Assembly (NCBI GenBank): GCA_947627935.1
Contig: CANQXY010000006.1
Coordinates: 1 to 58,807, forward strand
DNA length: 58,807 nt
Direction of reading: 5' to 3'
From: an uncultured Clostridia bacterium
Lineage (GTDB): Bacteria; Bacillota; Clostridia; TANB77; CAG-508
This document shows positions 9,764-20,688 of the stretch, piece after piece. The notes under the pieces are model-generated. The model had not been told where the DNA came from and made no database searches. It saw only the letters and a list, made by a program, of their open reading frames with translations. The first letter of the stretch is position 1; every line of letters starts with the position of its first letter. The position numbers and the translations under genes are program-made.

Positions 9764-10756
9764 TTATATTTTTTTAAATCCAATATATGCAATTATAGGA
9801 AAGTGAAATATTGTTATTTCCTTTATCATTTTCTTAAATAAATTTTTCCCTGATAAAAATTTAAAATACTTAATAAGATGGAAATTTATATATTTTGATG
9901 TTTTCAAATTTTTATAATATTTTGTAAGTTTTTCTATAAATTCTCTATTTTTATCATTTTTACAATAATCTAAGCACATTTTTGCACCACTTAAATATGC
10001 AGAATCAATAACAAATCTTCTATACTCTAAAAATGACTCATATGATTTACCTGATTGTTTTTTCCATCTACTTAAATTTTGTGATAAGCTTCTACCACCA
10101 AAAACATTATTTGTATGTAATCTATAATCAAATAACGGTTCTTTTATATAACTTATTCCATTTAATTCATTTGCAATAAAACCTGCAAGCCAATCATGTG
10201 CTATTACACTTTTTTTAAATGGAAGCATATTTTCTTTAACTTCTTTAGTTATTATTTGTGAGCATCCAAGTCCAGCATATCTTGATATTGCTAAATGATT
10301 ATTCTTTCCTTCAATTTGTGGAATATTTTTATATTTAAAATAATTTTGTTTTAGTAATTCATCTTTTTCATCTATTTGTGTTGAATTACAATAAACTAAA
10401 CTTACACATTCTTGTTTTAATTTTTCCAAAGATTTTTTTACTTTATCTTTATGCCAAATATCATCATGATCACAAAACATTATATAATCTGCTTTTGATT
10501 GTTTTAGTAAAAATTCAAAATTTTTATTATATCCTAAATTTTTAGGTTGTTCATATACTATTATTCTTTTATCTTTTTTTTCATATTCTTCTAATGTTTT
10601 CAAAACTCTAAAATTTATAGATTTATCATCACTTATTAATAATCTAATATTTTTGTAAGATTGTGCTAAAATACTATCTATTTGTTTTGTTAAAAATTTT
10701 TTATTACTATTATAAGTTGTTAATAATATATCTACTAATTCTTCGTTTTCTTCCAT
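9764..10756 (-). CDS. GT2 glycosyltransferase (rhamnosyltransferase-like)
   Basis: ILLTTYN, FCDHDDIW, HDW, YRLH motifs. Confidence 0.85.
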   Translation of the reverse strand: MEENEELVDILLTTYNSNKKFLTKQIDSILAQSYKNIRLLISDDKSINFRVLKTLEEYEKKDKRIIVYEQPKNLGYNKNFEFLLKQSKADYIMFCDHDDIWHKDKVKKSLEKLKQECVSLVYCNSTQIDEKDELLKQNYFKYKNIPQIEGKNNHLAISRYAGLGCSQIITKEVKENMLPFKKSVIAHDWLAGFIANELNGISYIKEPLFDYRLHTNNVFGGRSLSQNLSRWKKQSGKSYESFLEYRRFVIDSAYLSGAKMCLDYCKNDKNREFIEKLTKYYKNLKTSKYINFHLIKYFKFLSGKNLFKKMIKEITIFHFPIIAYIGFKKI

Positions 10757-10771
10757 TTAGTTAATCCTCCG

Positions 10772-11761
10772 TTATCTTTTGAATTTATATATTATAGATC
10801 TTAAATTAAACATCAATCTACCTACTATTGGAAGATTTAACATAAGAAAAGTTTTTAATCTCATTGATAAATATTCCATATTATACAAATCAAAAAATAT
10901 TTTATAGTATTTAAAATTAAAATATCTTTTATTTTTAATATTATTTAAGTAGTTTACTGCACTTTTTGATAGTTTTATTAATTCTTTGTTTTCAAAAGAC
11001 TTTTGATTTTTAATATATATATCAAATTGAGCTAATTTTAAGTCTATATATTTTTTTCTATATTCATCAAAATCTTGAATATAATTTTTCATGCCATATA
11101 TACCAAGTTCGTTTTTTCCGTGTTGTCTATATTTTATTGTTGGTTTATCTAAAAAAGATAATTTACCAATTTGTGATATAATTAAAGCCATCCACCAATC
11201 ATGTACCATTGGATTTTTTTCTGGAATAGGAATGTATTTATTTATTAATTCTTTTTTAGAAATTATTGTACAACCTGTTACACAATTTCTTAAAAATACT
11301 AGTTTATAATCTTTATGTTTTTGTATGTTTTTATTCATTTTCATAAATTTAACTAATGATGGCGTTATTTGATTTAAGTTTTCATCAACTACTTCTAAAT
11401 CTGTAAAAACTAAATCAGCATTATCTTTTAATAATTTTTCTAAAGATATTTCTACTTTATTTTCCATCCAAAAATCATCTTGGTCTGATAGCATAAAAAA
11501 TTTATTTTCTACTCTTTTTAGCAAGTTTTCAAAATTTTTTATATATCCTAAATTTTTTTCATTATAATTTACTATTATTCTTTTATCTTTTTTCTCATAT
11601 TCTTCTAAAATGCCTTTTGTTCCATCTGTTGAACAATCATCATTTATTAGTATTCTTATATTTTTATGTGTTTGATTTAATATACTATCTAATTGACATT
11701 TTAAATATTTTTCACCATTATATGTTGCAAGTAAAATATCTATTTGTATATCATCATTCAT
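10772..11761 (-). CDS. GT2 glycosyltransferase (RgpB/rhamnosyltransferase-like)
   Basis: ILLATYNGEKY, LSDQDDFW, VTGCT, HDWW, YRQHG motifs. Confidence 0.88.
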   Translation of the reverse strand: MNDDIQIDILLATYNGEKYLKCQLDSILNQTHKNIRILINDDCSTDGTKGILEEYEKKDKRIIVNYNEKNLGYIKNFENLLKRVENKFFMLSDQDDFWMENKVEISLEKLLKDNADLVFTDLEVVDENLNQITPSLVKFMKMNKNIQKHKDYKLVFLRNCVTGCTIISKKELINKYIPIPEKNPMVHDWWMALIISQIGKLSFLDKPTIKYRQHGKNELGIYGMKNYIQDFDEYRKKYIDLKLAQFDIYIKNQKSFENKELIKLSKSAVNYLNNIKNKRYFNFKYYKIFFDLYNMEYLSMRLKTFLMLNLPIVGRLMFNLRSIIYKFKR

Positions 11762-11790
11762 ACCTTATACTCCTATTTTTTCATACTGTA

Positions 11791-11819
11791 ATTGTATATT
11801 CAAAATGCTATTTTGTCAA
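11791..11819 (-). promoter_or_regulatory. sigA promoter of the wzm/wzt polysaccharide operon
   Basis: TTGACA-N17-TACAAT upstream of 11761. Confidence 0.7.
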
Positions 11820-11949
11820 TGAAATTCAAGGTAAATCACATATTTTTCACAATAAAAAAAAGAGAGAAATCTAAAATTAGATTTAATCCCTTTTATCTGC
11901 ATAATTATATAATTTTTATTTCATGTAAATACATTATTTAAAATTCTTT

Positions 11950-13308
11950 CTATCTAGCTTCTCCTTGTTGTTTTGCTTTTTCTTTTCGCCTTTTTTCTAT
12001 TTCTTTTAATGTTTCTACCTTTTCGTACATATAAGATATATATTCACTATCTTCTTTTTCTTTCTCCACTTTTTCTATTAAATATTGCATTTTATCTAAT
12101 TGATCAATTGCTTTTTTTCTAGCTTCTATATCTGTTGTTTCAGTTCTCATATATACTTCTATTCTTTTTTCTTTTAAATAATCTAATACAACTTTAATTT
12201 TATTCCCTACATTTTTTCCTTTTGATATTTTATTTGATTTGTTAATCTTCGTTGTTTTTTCTTTTTTTATTTCTGAATCTTCGTTTTTATCAATTGTACT
12301 TTCTAGTGGTTGTTCAATATCTATACTATGATTATCAATTACTTCTTTTGGCTCTTCATCTATCTGTTGATATTCACTTTGGTTTTTTAGATTATTTAGT
12401 AATTCAACATCTATTTCCCATTGTATAAGTCCATTATATTTTTCTAAATCAAATATTTTATTCTTTTTTGATTTGATTCTTTCTACTATTTTCTTTATTT
12501 CATTTTTTTGCTTGTCATCTTCAATATCAGCCTCAATTTGAATTTGTTTTGCAAGTTGTGGCATTTTTTTCTTTTCACATATTGCAAGTAATGCAATTGT
12601 TTTTTCATATTCAGTTAATAAATCATTTTCTTGTATTTGTTTTATTTCATCTTGACTAATCTTATTACAATATATTTTTGTTTTTATTTCAGATAAAAAT
12701 TTAAAACTTTCTTGTTCTTCCTCTTTTGTTCTTATATGATCTTGTTTTTTATTTTTTGTACTATCTTCTATTTCTTGCTTTGGTTCATCTAATTTTTCTA
12801 TTTTATCTTTAGATTGTTCTATTTCTTTTTTATTATCTTCTTCTTGATATTGCCTTAATAAATCTTCATCAATTTTCCAAGTTAAAATATTATCGTATTT
12901 TGTCAAGTCAAATTTAGCTTTTTTTGTTGATTTGATTCTTTCTACTATTCTATTTATTTCTTTTATTTGTTGTTTATCTGTAATATTTGCTTTAGATTTT
13001 ATTTGTCTTGCACGTTCCACCATGTTTTTCTTTTCACATATTGCAAGCAAAACTATTGTTTTCTCATATTCTGATAAAATCTCATTTTTACTTATTTCTT
13101 CTATAATATTATTATCAATTCTTTCAGAATAGATTTTTGTTTTAATTTCAGAAAGATACTGTAATTTTTCGTAGTTATCCGCATTTTCACTATCTAATGA
13201 TAATTCTTCATTTATATCAGCATTTTTATTAATTATTTCTTTACTTTGTTTTTGATTATCACTTTTTCTTTTTTTAAATTTACCTATTATTTTATCTATT
13301 AATTTCAT
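11950..13308 (-). CDS. Hypothetical charged protein with two ~105-aa internal repeats
   Basis: LSEIKTKIY...EYEKTIxLLAICEKK...IVERIKS...FDL..Y...W occurs twice. Confidence 0.75.
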   Translation of the reverse strand: MKLIDKIIGKFKKRKSDNQKQSKEIINKNADINEELSLDSENADNYEKLQYLSEIKTKIYSERIDNNIIEEISKNEILSEYEKTIVLLAICEKKNMVERARQIKSKANITDKQQIKEINRIVERIKSTKKAKFDLTKYDNILTWKIDEDLLRQYQEEDNKKEIEQSKDKIEKLDEPKQEIEDSTKNKKQDHIRTKEEEQESFKFLSEIKTKIYCNKISQDEIKQIQENDLLTEYEKTIALLAICEKKKMPQLAKQIQIEADIEDDKQKNEIKKIVERIKSKKNKIFDLEKYNGLIQWEIDVELLNNLKNQSEYQQIDEEPKEVIDNHSIDIEQPLESTIDKNEDSEIKKEKTTKINKSNKISKGKNVGNKIKVVLDYLKEKRIEVYMRTETTDIEARKKAIDQLDKMQYLIEKVEKEKEDSEYISYMYEKVETLKEIEKRRKEKAKQQGEAR

Positions 13309-13370
13309 AACTTTACCTTTCTCATATTTTATGTTAAATATTATATCATGATTTTACATAAAATTCAACA

Positions 13371-13404
13371 TAAAAAGAGAAAAGCTTTTTTCTTTTCTCT
13401 TTTT
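13371..13404. terminator. Inverted repeat, probable terminator after the LCP gene
   Basis: taaaaagagaaaag...cttttctcttttta. Confidence 0.6.
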
Positions 13405-13408
13405 AAAC

Positions 13409-14521
13409 TTATTCATTTTCATCATTTACAATTTTTGTAGTTTTTAATCCTGTTTTTTTAATTATACTTTCATTTATTGATTTCACAGTTTCACTTGGTG
13501 TATAGTCTTGTTGATTAAATAATTCTCTATGTAATTTTATAACATTTGCTTCTAATGTTGTAGGTATAACACAAGATGCACCACTTACATTTTTACCAGT
13601 TTGATCATATGGCCATCCTGTACTATCAGAAATGTTTACTGATGTTATTGATGGTATTAGTGATATAACCTCAGATAAACCTATATTTGTTTGAACTTCT
13701 GGTAATATTTTATTTGCAATTTCATTTAATGTTCCTGCATTCATTGTCTTAGCTTTTTCAAATACTGCTTTTAATACTGTTCTCATTCTTTCTGTTCTTT
13801 TATAATCTCCACCTACTGTTTTTCTTATTCTTGCATATGTAACAGCTTGTATACCATCTAATTTTTGTTTTCCTGACGTAGTTATCAACTTTGCTTGTCT
13901 TCCAACGTTTTTAGAAGTATCTTTAATATATTCGTTCATTTGTTCAACTTCATCTTTTTCTATAGTTACTTCTATTCCACCTACTAAATCAACTACATCT
14001 GCAACAACTTCAAAATTAACAGCAACAAATTCATTTATGTCCAAATCTAAATTTCTATTTAAAGTATTAATAGCAAGTTCTGGTCCACCATATGCATGTG
14101 CATGTGTAACTTTTGTTAATCCATGTCCTTCTACATCTAAATATGTATCTCTATATACTGATATAAGATTAACATCTTTTGTTTTTTGGTTTATACTAAC
14201 AATTATTATTGCATCACTTCTTGATCCTTTGGTAGAATTCATATTTCTTGAATCAACACCAAACAAAGCAATATTTCTATAACCAGTTTTATTACCAATT
14301 CCTAATTTTGAATTATCTAATTCAAAAAAATTAACTTTACTTAATTTGTTATATATAAATCCTGTAACTACGCCTAGAAGAATTACTATTAATAATAAAA
14401 AGACAATTATAATTTTTTTCTTTTTATTTTTATTTTTTTTATATTTTTTTGTATTTTTTTTCTTAACATTAACTTTATTATTTAAGTTAGTATTATTATA
14501 TCTTGTTTCATCTTTGTACAC
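13409..14521 (-). CDS. LCP (LytR-CpsA-Psr) glycopolymer-peptidoglycan ligase
   Basis: NIALFGVDSR, RSDAIII, SVYRDTY, YARIRK, DYKRTERMR; GTG start; single N-terminal TM. Confidence 0.92.
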   Translation of the reverse strand: MYKDETRYNNTNLNNKVNVKKKNTKKYKKNKNKKKKIIIVFLLLIVILLGVVTGFIYNKLSKVNFFELDNSKLGIGNKTGYRNIALFGVDSRNMNSTKGSRSDAIIIVSINQKTKDVNLISVYRDTYLDVEGHGLTKVTHAHAYGGPELAINTLNRNLDLDINEFVAVNFEVVADVVDLVGGIEVTIEKDEVEQMNEYIKDTSKNVGRQAKLITTSGKQKLDGIQAVTYARIRKTVGGDYKRTERMRTVLKAVFEKAKTMNAGTLNEIANKILPEVQTNIGLSEVISLIPSITSVNISDSTGWPYDQTGKNVSGASCVIPTTLEANVIKLHRELFNQQDYTPSETVKSINESIIKKTGLKTTKIVNDENE

Positions 14522-14585
14522 TTTTAAATCCCTGCTTTCTTTTTGTCCCTTTTATTTTCTAATATTTACTTTTTTCGACTTATAT

Positions 14586-14614
14586 AGTATACACTTTATA
14601 ATAATATATGTCAA
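14586..14614 (-). promoter_or_regulatory. sigA promoter of the LCP gene
   Basis: TTGACA-N17-TATACT. Confidence 0.65.
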
Positions 14615-14625
14615 ATGGAAATATT

Positions 14626-15357
14626 TTACTTTCCTATATTTTTTTCATATTCTTCTATAGCAGCATCTATATCTCCGTCAAATTGTTTTTTACCTTTATT
14701 CATCACTATTCCACGTTTACAAAAAGATTTCGCAACAGCTGTAGAATGTGTAACAAATAGAAGAGTAACATCTTCATTATTAATTATTTCATTAACTTTA
14801 TTTACACATTTATTTTTAAATTCTTCATCTCCAACACTTAATGCTTCATCTACTATTAAAATATCTGGTTTAATATTTACATTTATTGAAAATCCTAATC
14901 TTGCTTTCATACCACTAGAATATGTTCTAACTGGTTGATCTATATATTCTTCAAGATCAGCAAAATCTACTATTGTTTGTTCTACTTTTTTAATTTCTTT
15001 ATTACTTAGCCCTAATATTTGTCCTTTTAAATATATATTTTCTCTTCCTGTAAATTCTGGATCAAATCCAGATGTAAGTTCTAAAAGAGCACTTACTCTT
15101 CCATTTACTGTTATTTTACCATTTGTAGGAAAAGTTACTTCTGTTATCATTTTTAAAATTGTAGATTTACCTGCACCATTTTTTCCAAATATTGCAACTG
15201 ATTCACCTTTTTCTATTTTAAATGAAACATTGTTAACAGCATTTTTTTCTTTAAATGGTATATTTTTAAAAAATATTCCTAATAATCTTTGCTTATCATT
15301 TTTGTATAATTTATATCTTTTAGTTACATTTTTTAATTCAATAACTGTTTTACTCAT
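14626..15357 (-). CDS. tagH: Teichoic acid/polysaccharide ABC exporter ATPase (TagH-like)
   Basis: GKNGAGKST, YSSGMKARL, ILIVDEALSVGD; no C-terminal binding domain. Confidence 0.85.
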   Translation of the reverse strand: MSKTVIELKNVTKRYKLYKNDKQRLLGIFFKNIPFKEKNAVNNVSFKIEKGESVAIFGKNGAGKSTILKMITEVTFPTNGKITVNGRVSALLELTSGFDPEFTGRENIYLKGQILGLSNKEIKKVEQTIVDFADLEEYIDQPVRTYSSGMKARLGFSINVNIKPDILIVDEALSVGDEEFKNKCVNKVNEIINNEDVTLLFVTHSTAVAKSFCKRGIVMNKGKKQFDGDIDAAIEEYEKNIGK

Positions 15358-15374
15358 ATTTTATTTTCTCCTAA

Positions 15375-16181
15375 CTATAAAACGTCTGGTATTTCTTTTC
15401 TTAATTTTCTGTAGCTCCATAATCCTATAATAATCATAAATATTGTTAGTACAGCAAAATACATTAATCTTTTAGGTTGATCCCAAAACCATATTTTATT
15501 TATAAAGCAGTTTCTACAACCTGTTACTAAAAATGTTACTGGATTTAGCATCAAAAATCTGTGTAATACTGGATTGGTTATTGTATCTGCATCCCAAAGT
15601 ATACCAGATAGCCAAAATACTGCAGTTATAAAAGATCTTACTAAATTTACAAAATCTTTACTCATTGCTCCTATAAATGATGCAAAAAATGCCCATAATG
15701 TAAAAAATATAAAAGATAGTAGTAAATAAAATGGTAATTGTAATAAATATATATCTGGTGGATATCCAAAAATCCAGAAAATAGCTATTACTATTACTAT
15801 TAATATAAGATTAATCATCATATTAGACATACTTACAAATGTTGGTATTGTTGATACTGGAAATTTCATCTTATTAACTAAATAATTATATTTTCTTATA
15901 CAATTTGTTCCTCCTGTTATCATATCTCCCATATAAAACCATGGAACTAATCCAGAAATTAGCCATAAAAAAAATGGAAAACCGGCAACTTGTCCACCAG
16001 CTCTTAGTCCTATCGAAAAAGCAAACCAATAGACAAAAATTGTAACAGTTGGTTTAATTACTGCCCAAGACCAACCTAAAGCTGATCCTCTATATGTTTT
16101 TACTAAATCTGCTTTTGCAAGCTTTAATATTTGAGTTCTATACTCAAAATGTTCTTTTAATATTTTTAAAATTGTTTTCAC
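15375..16181 (-). CDS. tagG: ABC-2 permease (TagG-like)
   Basis: YRGSALGWSW, GLVPWF, NPVTFLV; adjacent to the ATPase; GTG start. Confidence 0.85.
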   Translation of the reverse strand: MKTILKILKEHFEYRTQILKLAKADLVKTYRGSALGWSWAVIKPTVTIFVYWFAFSIGLRAGGQVAGFPFFLWLISGLVPWFYMGDMITGGTNCIRKYNYLVNKMKFPVSTIPTFVSMSNMMINLILIVIVIAIFWIFGYPPDIYLLQLPFYLLLSFIFFTLWAFFASFIGAMSKDFVNLVRSFITAVFWLSGILWDADTITNPVLHRFLMLNPVTFLVTGCRNCFINKIWFWDQPKRLMYFAVLTIFMIIIGLWSYRKLRKEIPDVL

Positions 16182-16255
16182 ACTAATACTCCTAACATTA
16201 TTTTATAGTGTTTATCCTATCACTTTTCATATTTAAATGCAAGTTTAAATACATA

Positions 16256-16301
16256 AAAAAATAGAGAAAAAAATTATAATTTATCATTTTTTCTCTATTT
16301 T
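16256..16301. terminator. Inverted repeat, probable terminator
   Basis: aaaaaatagagaaaaaaat...attttttctctattttt just after the stop of 16314..17834. Confidence 0.55.
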
Positions 16302-16313
16302 TATACTATTTAT

Positions 16314-17834
16314 TTAATTTTTCATTTTTATTTTTTTATTAATAGTATCAGATAATTGTATATATCCTCTTATAGAATATGGTATAAGTAATACAAAATA
16401 TGTTATAGTATATTGGCATTTTGCTTCCCAAATTAAATGGAATAAGAATCCACCTATAAACATTACTGCAAATATTAATTGTTTTATATTGTTCTTTTTA
16501 AAATTAGTTAACATAAATATTGTTGCACCAAACAATATAATTGATTGAGTTATATTCATGCATTCAAAAATTACTTTATTTACTTTTCCATAACCATTAA
16601 TAGATTTTACAATCGCTGGTTTTTCCTTTCCTGTTCCAGTTATTCTTGAATTATTTATCCAAAAACATTGAAATGTAGGATTATTCCACTGAGAAACTAT
16701 TTTTTTATAAAAAAATTCTACTGTATAGTTAGGATTATCTTTTAATTTAGTTATTGTTTTTGACAAATCTTCTTTTATATCATCTTTTGCTTTTTCTGAA
16801 TTATATTGGTTTTTCTTATATATATTTCTATTATATCCATTATACCATCCAGGTGCTCTTCTACCTTCTTGGAGTCCCATTTCAACATATGCAAGCATTG
16901 GAATTCCATCTTGTTTTTCTTTTCCAGATATTGTCTCTACCGTAAATGTTGTTATAGTTTGTAAACTGACATATGCAATTAATAAGATTAAAATAGATAT
17001 TATATTCTTTAATTTTTTTCTTGATATCATATCTAATATTAATATACAAACTATTGCAATTAACATTATAAGATAATTCGATTTTAAAATAGCAGCTAAT
17101 CCTACACAAATTGATGAAATACATATAAATCTTATTTTTCCAGTTTCAATATAATTAATTGCAAATAACATAGCAATCATTGAAAGAGAAAATCCTATTA
17201 TATTTCCATATATAAAAGTTATATATGACCATATTGGAACAAATAAAAGTAATCCTATTATTGTTCCTACTGATGTCTGTTTATTTTCAAACATTTTTCT
17301 TGTAATTTTATAAATACAAAAAAATGCTACTAATAATGCAACTACATTAATTAATTGTAATCCCAAATAATTTCTGCTACCAAATATAAATCCAAATATA
17401 AATTCATATAGAATTAATCCATATTGATGTGGATTCGAATATGCATATTTTCCTAAATTAAATCCTTTAAAATTTCCTTGTCTCATTTGGCTTGCTATTT
17501 CATATATATATTTTTGATCTGCTCTTGGATATAAATCACAAACATAAATCCATATAACAGATATCAAAACCCAAATTTCAATTAATATCCATAAAATTTT
17601 TTTATCAATTTTAATTTTCTTTTTATTTATTAACATGAAAATACATATTGTTGCACTAATTGTTATAATATGTATAATTGGATTGTCATTTAAATAACTT
17701 GTTACTTCTTTTATATCCATTGTACATGTTTTAAATATGCTTTCTACTGTTAAAAAGCTTAATATTAATATAAATATTATTTCTATTGCATATATAATAA
17801 ATTTTTCTAATTTTTTATTTATTTCCATTTTCAT
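16314..17834 (-). CDS. Polytopic membrane protein, GT-C-fold glycosyltransferase-like
   Basis: About 11-12 TM helices, first-loop YPRADQ, LIWEAKCQY; locus context. Confidence 0.65.
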   Translation of the reverse strand: MKMEINKKLEKFIIYAIEIIFILILSFLTVESIFKTCTMDIKEVTSYLNDNPIIHIITISATICIFMLINKKKIKIDKKILWILIEIWVLISVIWIYVCDLYPRADQKYIYEIASQMRQGNFKGFNLGKYAYSNPHQYGLILYEFIFGFIFGSRNYLGLQLINVVALLVAFFCIYKITRKMFENKQTSVGTIIGLLLFVPIWSYITFIYGNIIGFSLSMIAMLFAINYIETGKIRFICISSICVGLAAILKSNYLIMLIAIVCILILDMISRKKLKNIISILILLIAYVSLQTITTFTVETISGKEKQDGIPMLAYVEMGLQEGRRAPGWYNGYNRNIYKKNQYNSEKAKDDIKEDLSKTITKLKDNPNYTVEFFYKKIVSQWNNPTFQCFWINNSRITGTGKEKPAIVKSINGYGKVNKVIFECMNITQSIILFGATIFMLTNFKKNNIKQLIFAVMFIGGFLFHLIWEAKCQYTITYFVLLIPYSIRGYIQLSDTINKKIKMKN

Positions 17835-20541
17835 CCCTATTTTTTATCTTTAAATTTTTTTCATATATTATTACTACAATAAATGATATTAAACCTAAAA
17901 TAGTAAATATTCCTCCTACTTTTAATAAAGGAGTTTCATATTTTAATTCTATCTTATGGTTTCCTTTTTCTAAAGGAATACCAATAAATGCTGTATTTAC
18001 TACAATTGTATCTGTTTTTTTGCCATCTACATATGCTGTCCATCCTTTTGTATATGGAATTGATAATTGCAAAATACCTGAACTCTCGTTTTGTATATTA
18101 CCTAAAATTTTATCATTTTCATATTTTTCTAATCTAAATTCATTTTCTTTTAATTTATTTATTGCTTTATCATAAGTTCCCATCGGAATCGCATATATTT
18201 TTATCTTATCCCAACTATATGTTCCTTGATTAGAAAATACTATTTCTATTTTATTATTATGAATATCTTTATATCCTAAATTCATCAATATATTAGGATT
18301 ATAAAAATAATATGGATCCATTTCTTTGTCTCTAAAATTTTGAACTTTTATTATATTATCATATTTTATTTTAATATTATTTTCCTCTGTTCCTTTATAA
18401 TTAAATCCTTTTATTAGTATGTATAATTCTGAATTTTTTACACTATCTATTTCTAGTGTTACTTTTTGTTTTTCATTTCTTATTTTTACTTTATTATCTT
18501 TTACTTTACTAGATTTAGTAATTTTATAATTTACATCTTTAACAGTATTAGTTTGTAGTTTATTAATTAAATTTAAATTTTTATTAATATTATTTTCTGG
18601 TTTTTCTTCTAAAACAGCGGTTTCTATTATTGCTTGTTCTTTTTCTAAAGCACTTAATTTATTGTATTCATTTTCTAAAATGTAGTTATTATAAAAAATA
18701 CCTAATCCTAAGTAATTTTTATTTTTATATATTTGTGTAACTTTATTATTTGTTTTTATTTCATCATATAACTCATATCCATATGGTACATATTCTTTAT
18801 TTTTTTCATTTACTATAAAATACTTAGTCCCAAGTAATGTTGTTATTTTAGTTCTATTGTCAAATTCCCTTAATGGATTTGTATCTGAATAATATCCTCT
18901 ATTTTCAAGTTCTTTTGATAATTTACCAATATATTTATTTCCTAATGATAAATATGAATTTATTGATTTATAATTATATACTAATGATGCATTTGGTAAT
19001 TTATATTTATTTGTAGAAATTCTATAAAAAGTTTTATCTTTTTTCTTTATAGTTTCTATAGCTTCATCAAATTTTTTAATTTTTTTATTATAATCACTAT
19101 ATTTGTTAATAACACTATTACTTTTTACAAATTCATTAATATATTTTTTCCCTGATTTAGAATATAAATCTCTGCCATAAAATGCTATATTTATTAACAC
19201 TATTAAAAATATTAAATATTTTAGATATTTAAATATTTTAGAATTTACATTATCTTTATTTTTTAAATAATTTGCAACTGCTATTATTGTAAATATTAAA
19301 ATTGCTATAGCATTTGTAACAAAGCATATTCTTATTTCTACTATACCTTTAAGTAATATTAAAACAATATAATAAATTATTGGTACTACTATCATTGAAA
19401 TAAGTTGTTTTTTACTATATTTTAAATCTTGCCTAAAGTTTAAAACTACCATATATGAAAGTAAAAATGTATATCCAAAAGACCATCTATTTGTACTAAA
19501 TGATAATCCATTCATAAGTGATCCACAAAATGGTAATACTAACATTAATGTTGCAATTATAATGTTTATAATTATAGTTCTATTTTCTTTATCCTTTTTT
19601 ATATTTAATAAAGATATTGGTAGCAATATTAAAGTTATTGATGCAGTACATATTCTTGCCCAATATGAACTATTATTAGATATTAAACCTGTAAATATAC
19701 TTGCATAATATCTAAAGTTATATTTAACATTTTCATAGTTTGATAATCTATTACAATTTAAATATCCATCTATTGTTGGAAGTAGTATTATACCTGCAAT
19801 TAATATTCCTATAACATAACCTAAGAAAGCTTTTAAAAATTTTTTTAAAAAAACTTTAAATCCCTCTTCTTTATATTCTGATATATATTTTACTACTGCA
19901 TATATAAGAGCTAAAATTGTTATCATGTATAAAAAGTAATAATTTACAATTGCTGTAATTGTTATTATTGCTATAAAAAATCCTATTTTATTTTCTTTTA
20001 ATATTTTATCTATTCCTAAAAAAACTAATGGTAATAGTATTACTGCATTTAAAAAATAAGGATGTCTTAATCCTGCATATATAACAAATCCAGAAAATGT
20101 ATATATTATACAGCCTAGAATTGAGTTAAAATTGGATTTTTTATTATATTTACAATAACATAAAAATGCTATACCTATAAAATACATTCTAATTATAATT
20201 AGTATATTATATGCTAATTCTAACTTATCCATAGGAAATAATAAACTTAAATATGCAAATGGGTCCCCTAATATATAATAAGAATATTGCTCTATCATAT
20301 CTAATCCTAATCCTGTTTCCCAAGAAAAAAGATTTATTCCATTTGTAAATATATTTCTTAAATTTATATTAAAATTATATAGTATTGCAAAATGCTGTTC
20401 TAATCCATCTTGATTCCATATAAAACTTTTCCCTGCTTTTAAAAATACACTATATATTAAAAAAAATAAAACACTAAAAATAATTGTATATATTACATAT
20501 ATATCTATTTTTGAATATATTTCTTTGATTTTTTCTTTCAT
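17815..20541 (-). CDS. yfhO: YfhO family GT-C membrane protein
   Basis: DGLEQH, GLGLD, YYILGDPF, NRWSF, LSIPYTKGWTAYVDGK. Confidence 0.88.
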   Translation of the reverse strand: MKEKIKEIYSKIDIYVIYTIIFSVLFFLIYSVFLKAGKSFIWNQDGLEQHFAILYNFNINLRNIFTNGINLFSWETGLGLDMIEQYSYYILGDPFAYLSLLFPMDKLELAYNILIIIRMYFIGIAFLCYCKYNKKSNFNSILGCIIYTFSGFVIYAGLRHPYFLNAVILLPLVFLGIDKILKENKIGFFIAIITITAIVNYYFLYMITILALIYAVVKYISEYKEEGFKVFLKKFLKAFLGYVIGILIAGIILLPTIDGYLNCNRLSNYENVKYNFRYYASIFTGLISNNSSYWARICTASITLILLPISLLNIKKDKENRTIIINIIIATLMLVLPFCGSLMNGLSFSTNRWSFGYTFLLSYMVVLNFRQDLKYSKKQLISMIVVPIIYYIVLILLKGIVEIRICFVTNAIAILIFTIIAVANYLKNKDNVNSKIFKYLKYLIFLIVLINIAFYGRDLYSKSGKKYINEFVKSNSVINKYSDYNKKIKKFDEAIETIKKKDKTFYRISTNKYKLPNASLVYNYKSINSYLSLGNKYIGKLSKELENRGYYSDTNPLREFDNRTKITTLLGTKYFIVNEKNKEYVPYGYELYDEIKTNNKVTQIYKNKNYLGLGIFYNNYILENEYNKLSALEKEQAIIETAVLEEKPENNINKNLNLINKLQTNTVKDVNYKITKSSKVKDNKVKIRNEKQKVTLEIDSVKNSELYILIKGFNYKGTEENNIKIKYDNIIKVQNFRDKEMDPYYFYNPNILMNLGYKDIHNNKIEIVFSNQGTYSWDKIKIYAIPMGTYDKAINKLKENEFRLEKYENDKILGNIQNESSGILQLSIPYTKGWTAYVDGKKTDTIVVNTAFIGIPLEKGNHKIELKYETPLLKVGGIFTILGLISFIVVIIYEKNLKIKNRDENGNK

Positions 20542-20577
20542 TTTTCCCTATTTTTCTTTCATTAATTTTCTTTTTAT

Positions 20578-20606
20578 ATAATACTCTATTAAAATTTTAT
20601 AGTCAA
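20578..20606 (-). promoter_or_regulatory. sigA promoter of yfhO
   Basis: TTGACT-N17-TATTAT. Confidence 0.55.
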
Positions 20607-20640
20607 TAAAATGTAAGGAGATTTTTAGATTATTTTGTAA

Positions 20641-20678
20641 AAAAATTAGGGTATATTTTCAATTTATACCCTAATTTA
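20641..20678. terminator. Inverted repeat, probable terminator
   Basis: aaattagggtata...tataccctaattt after the stop of 20689..22968. Confidence 0.65.
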
Positions 20679-20688
20679 TCATTGTAAT

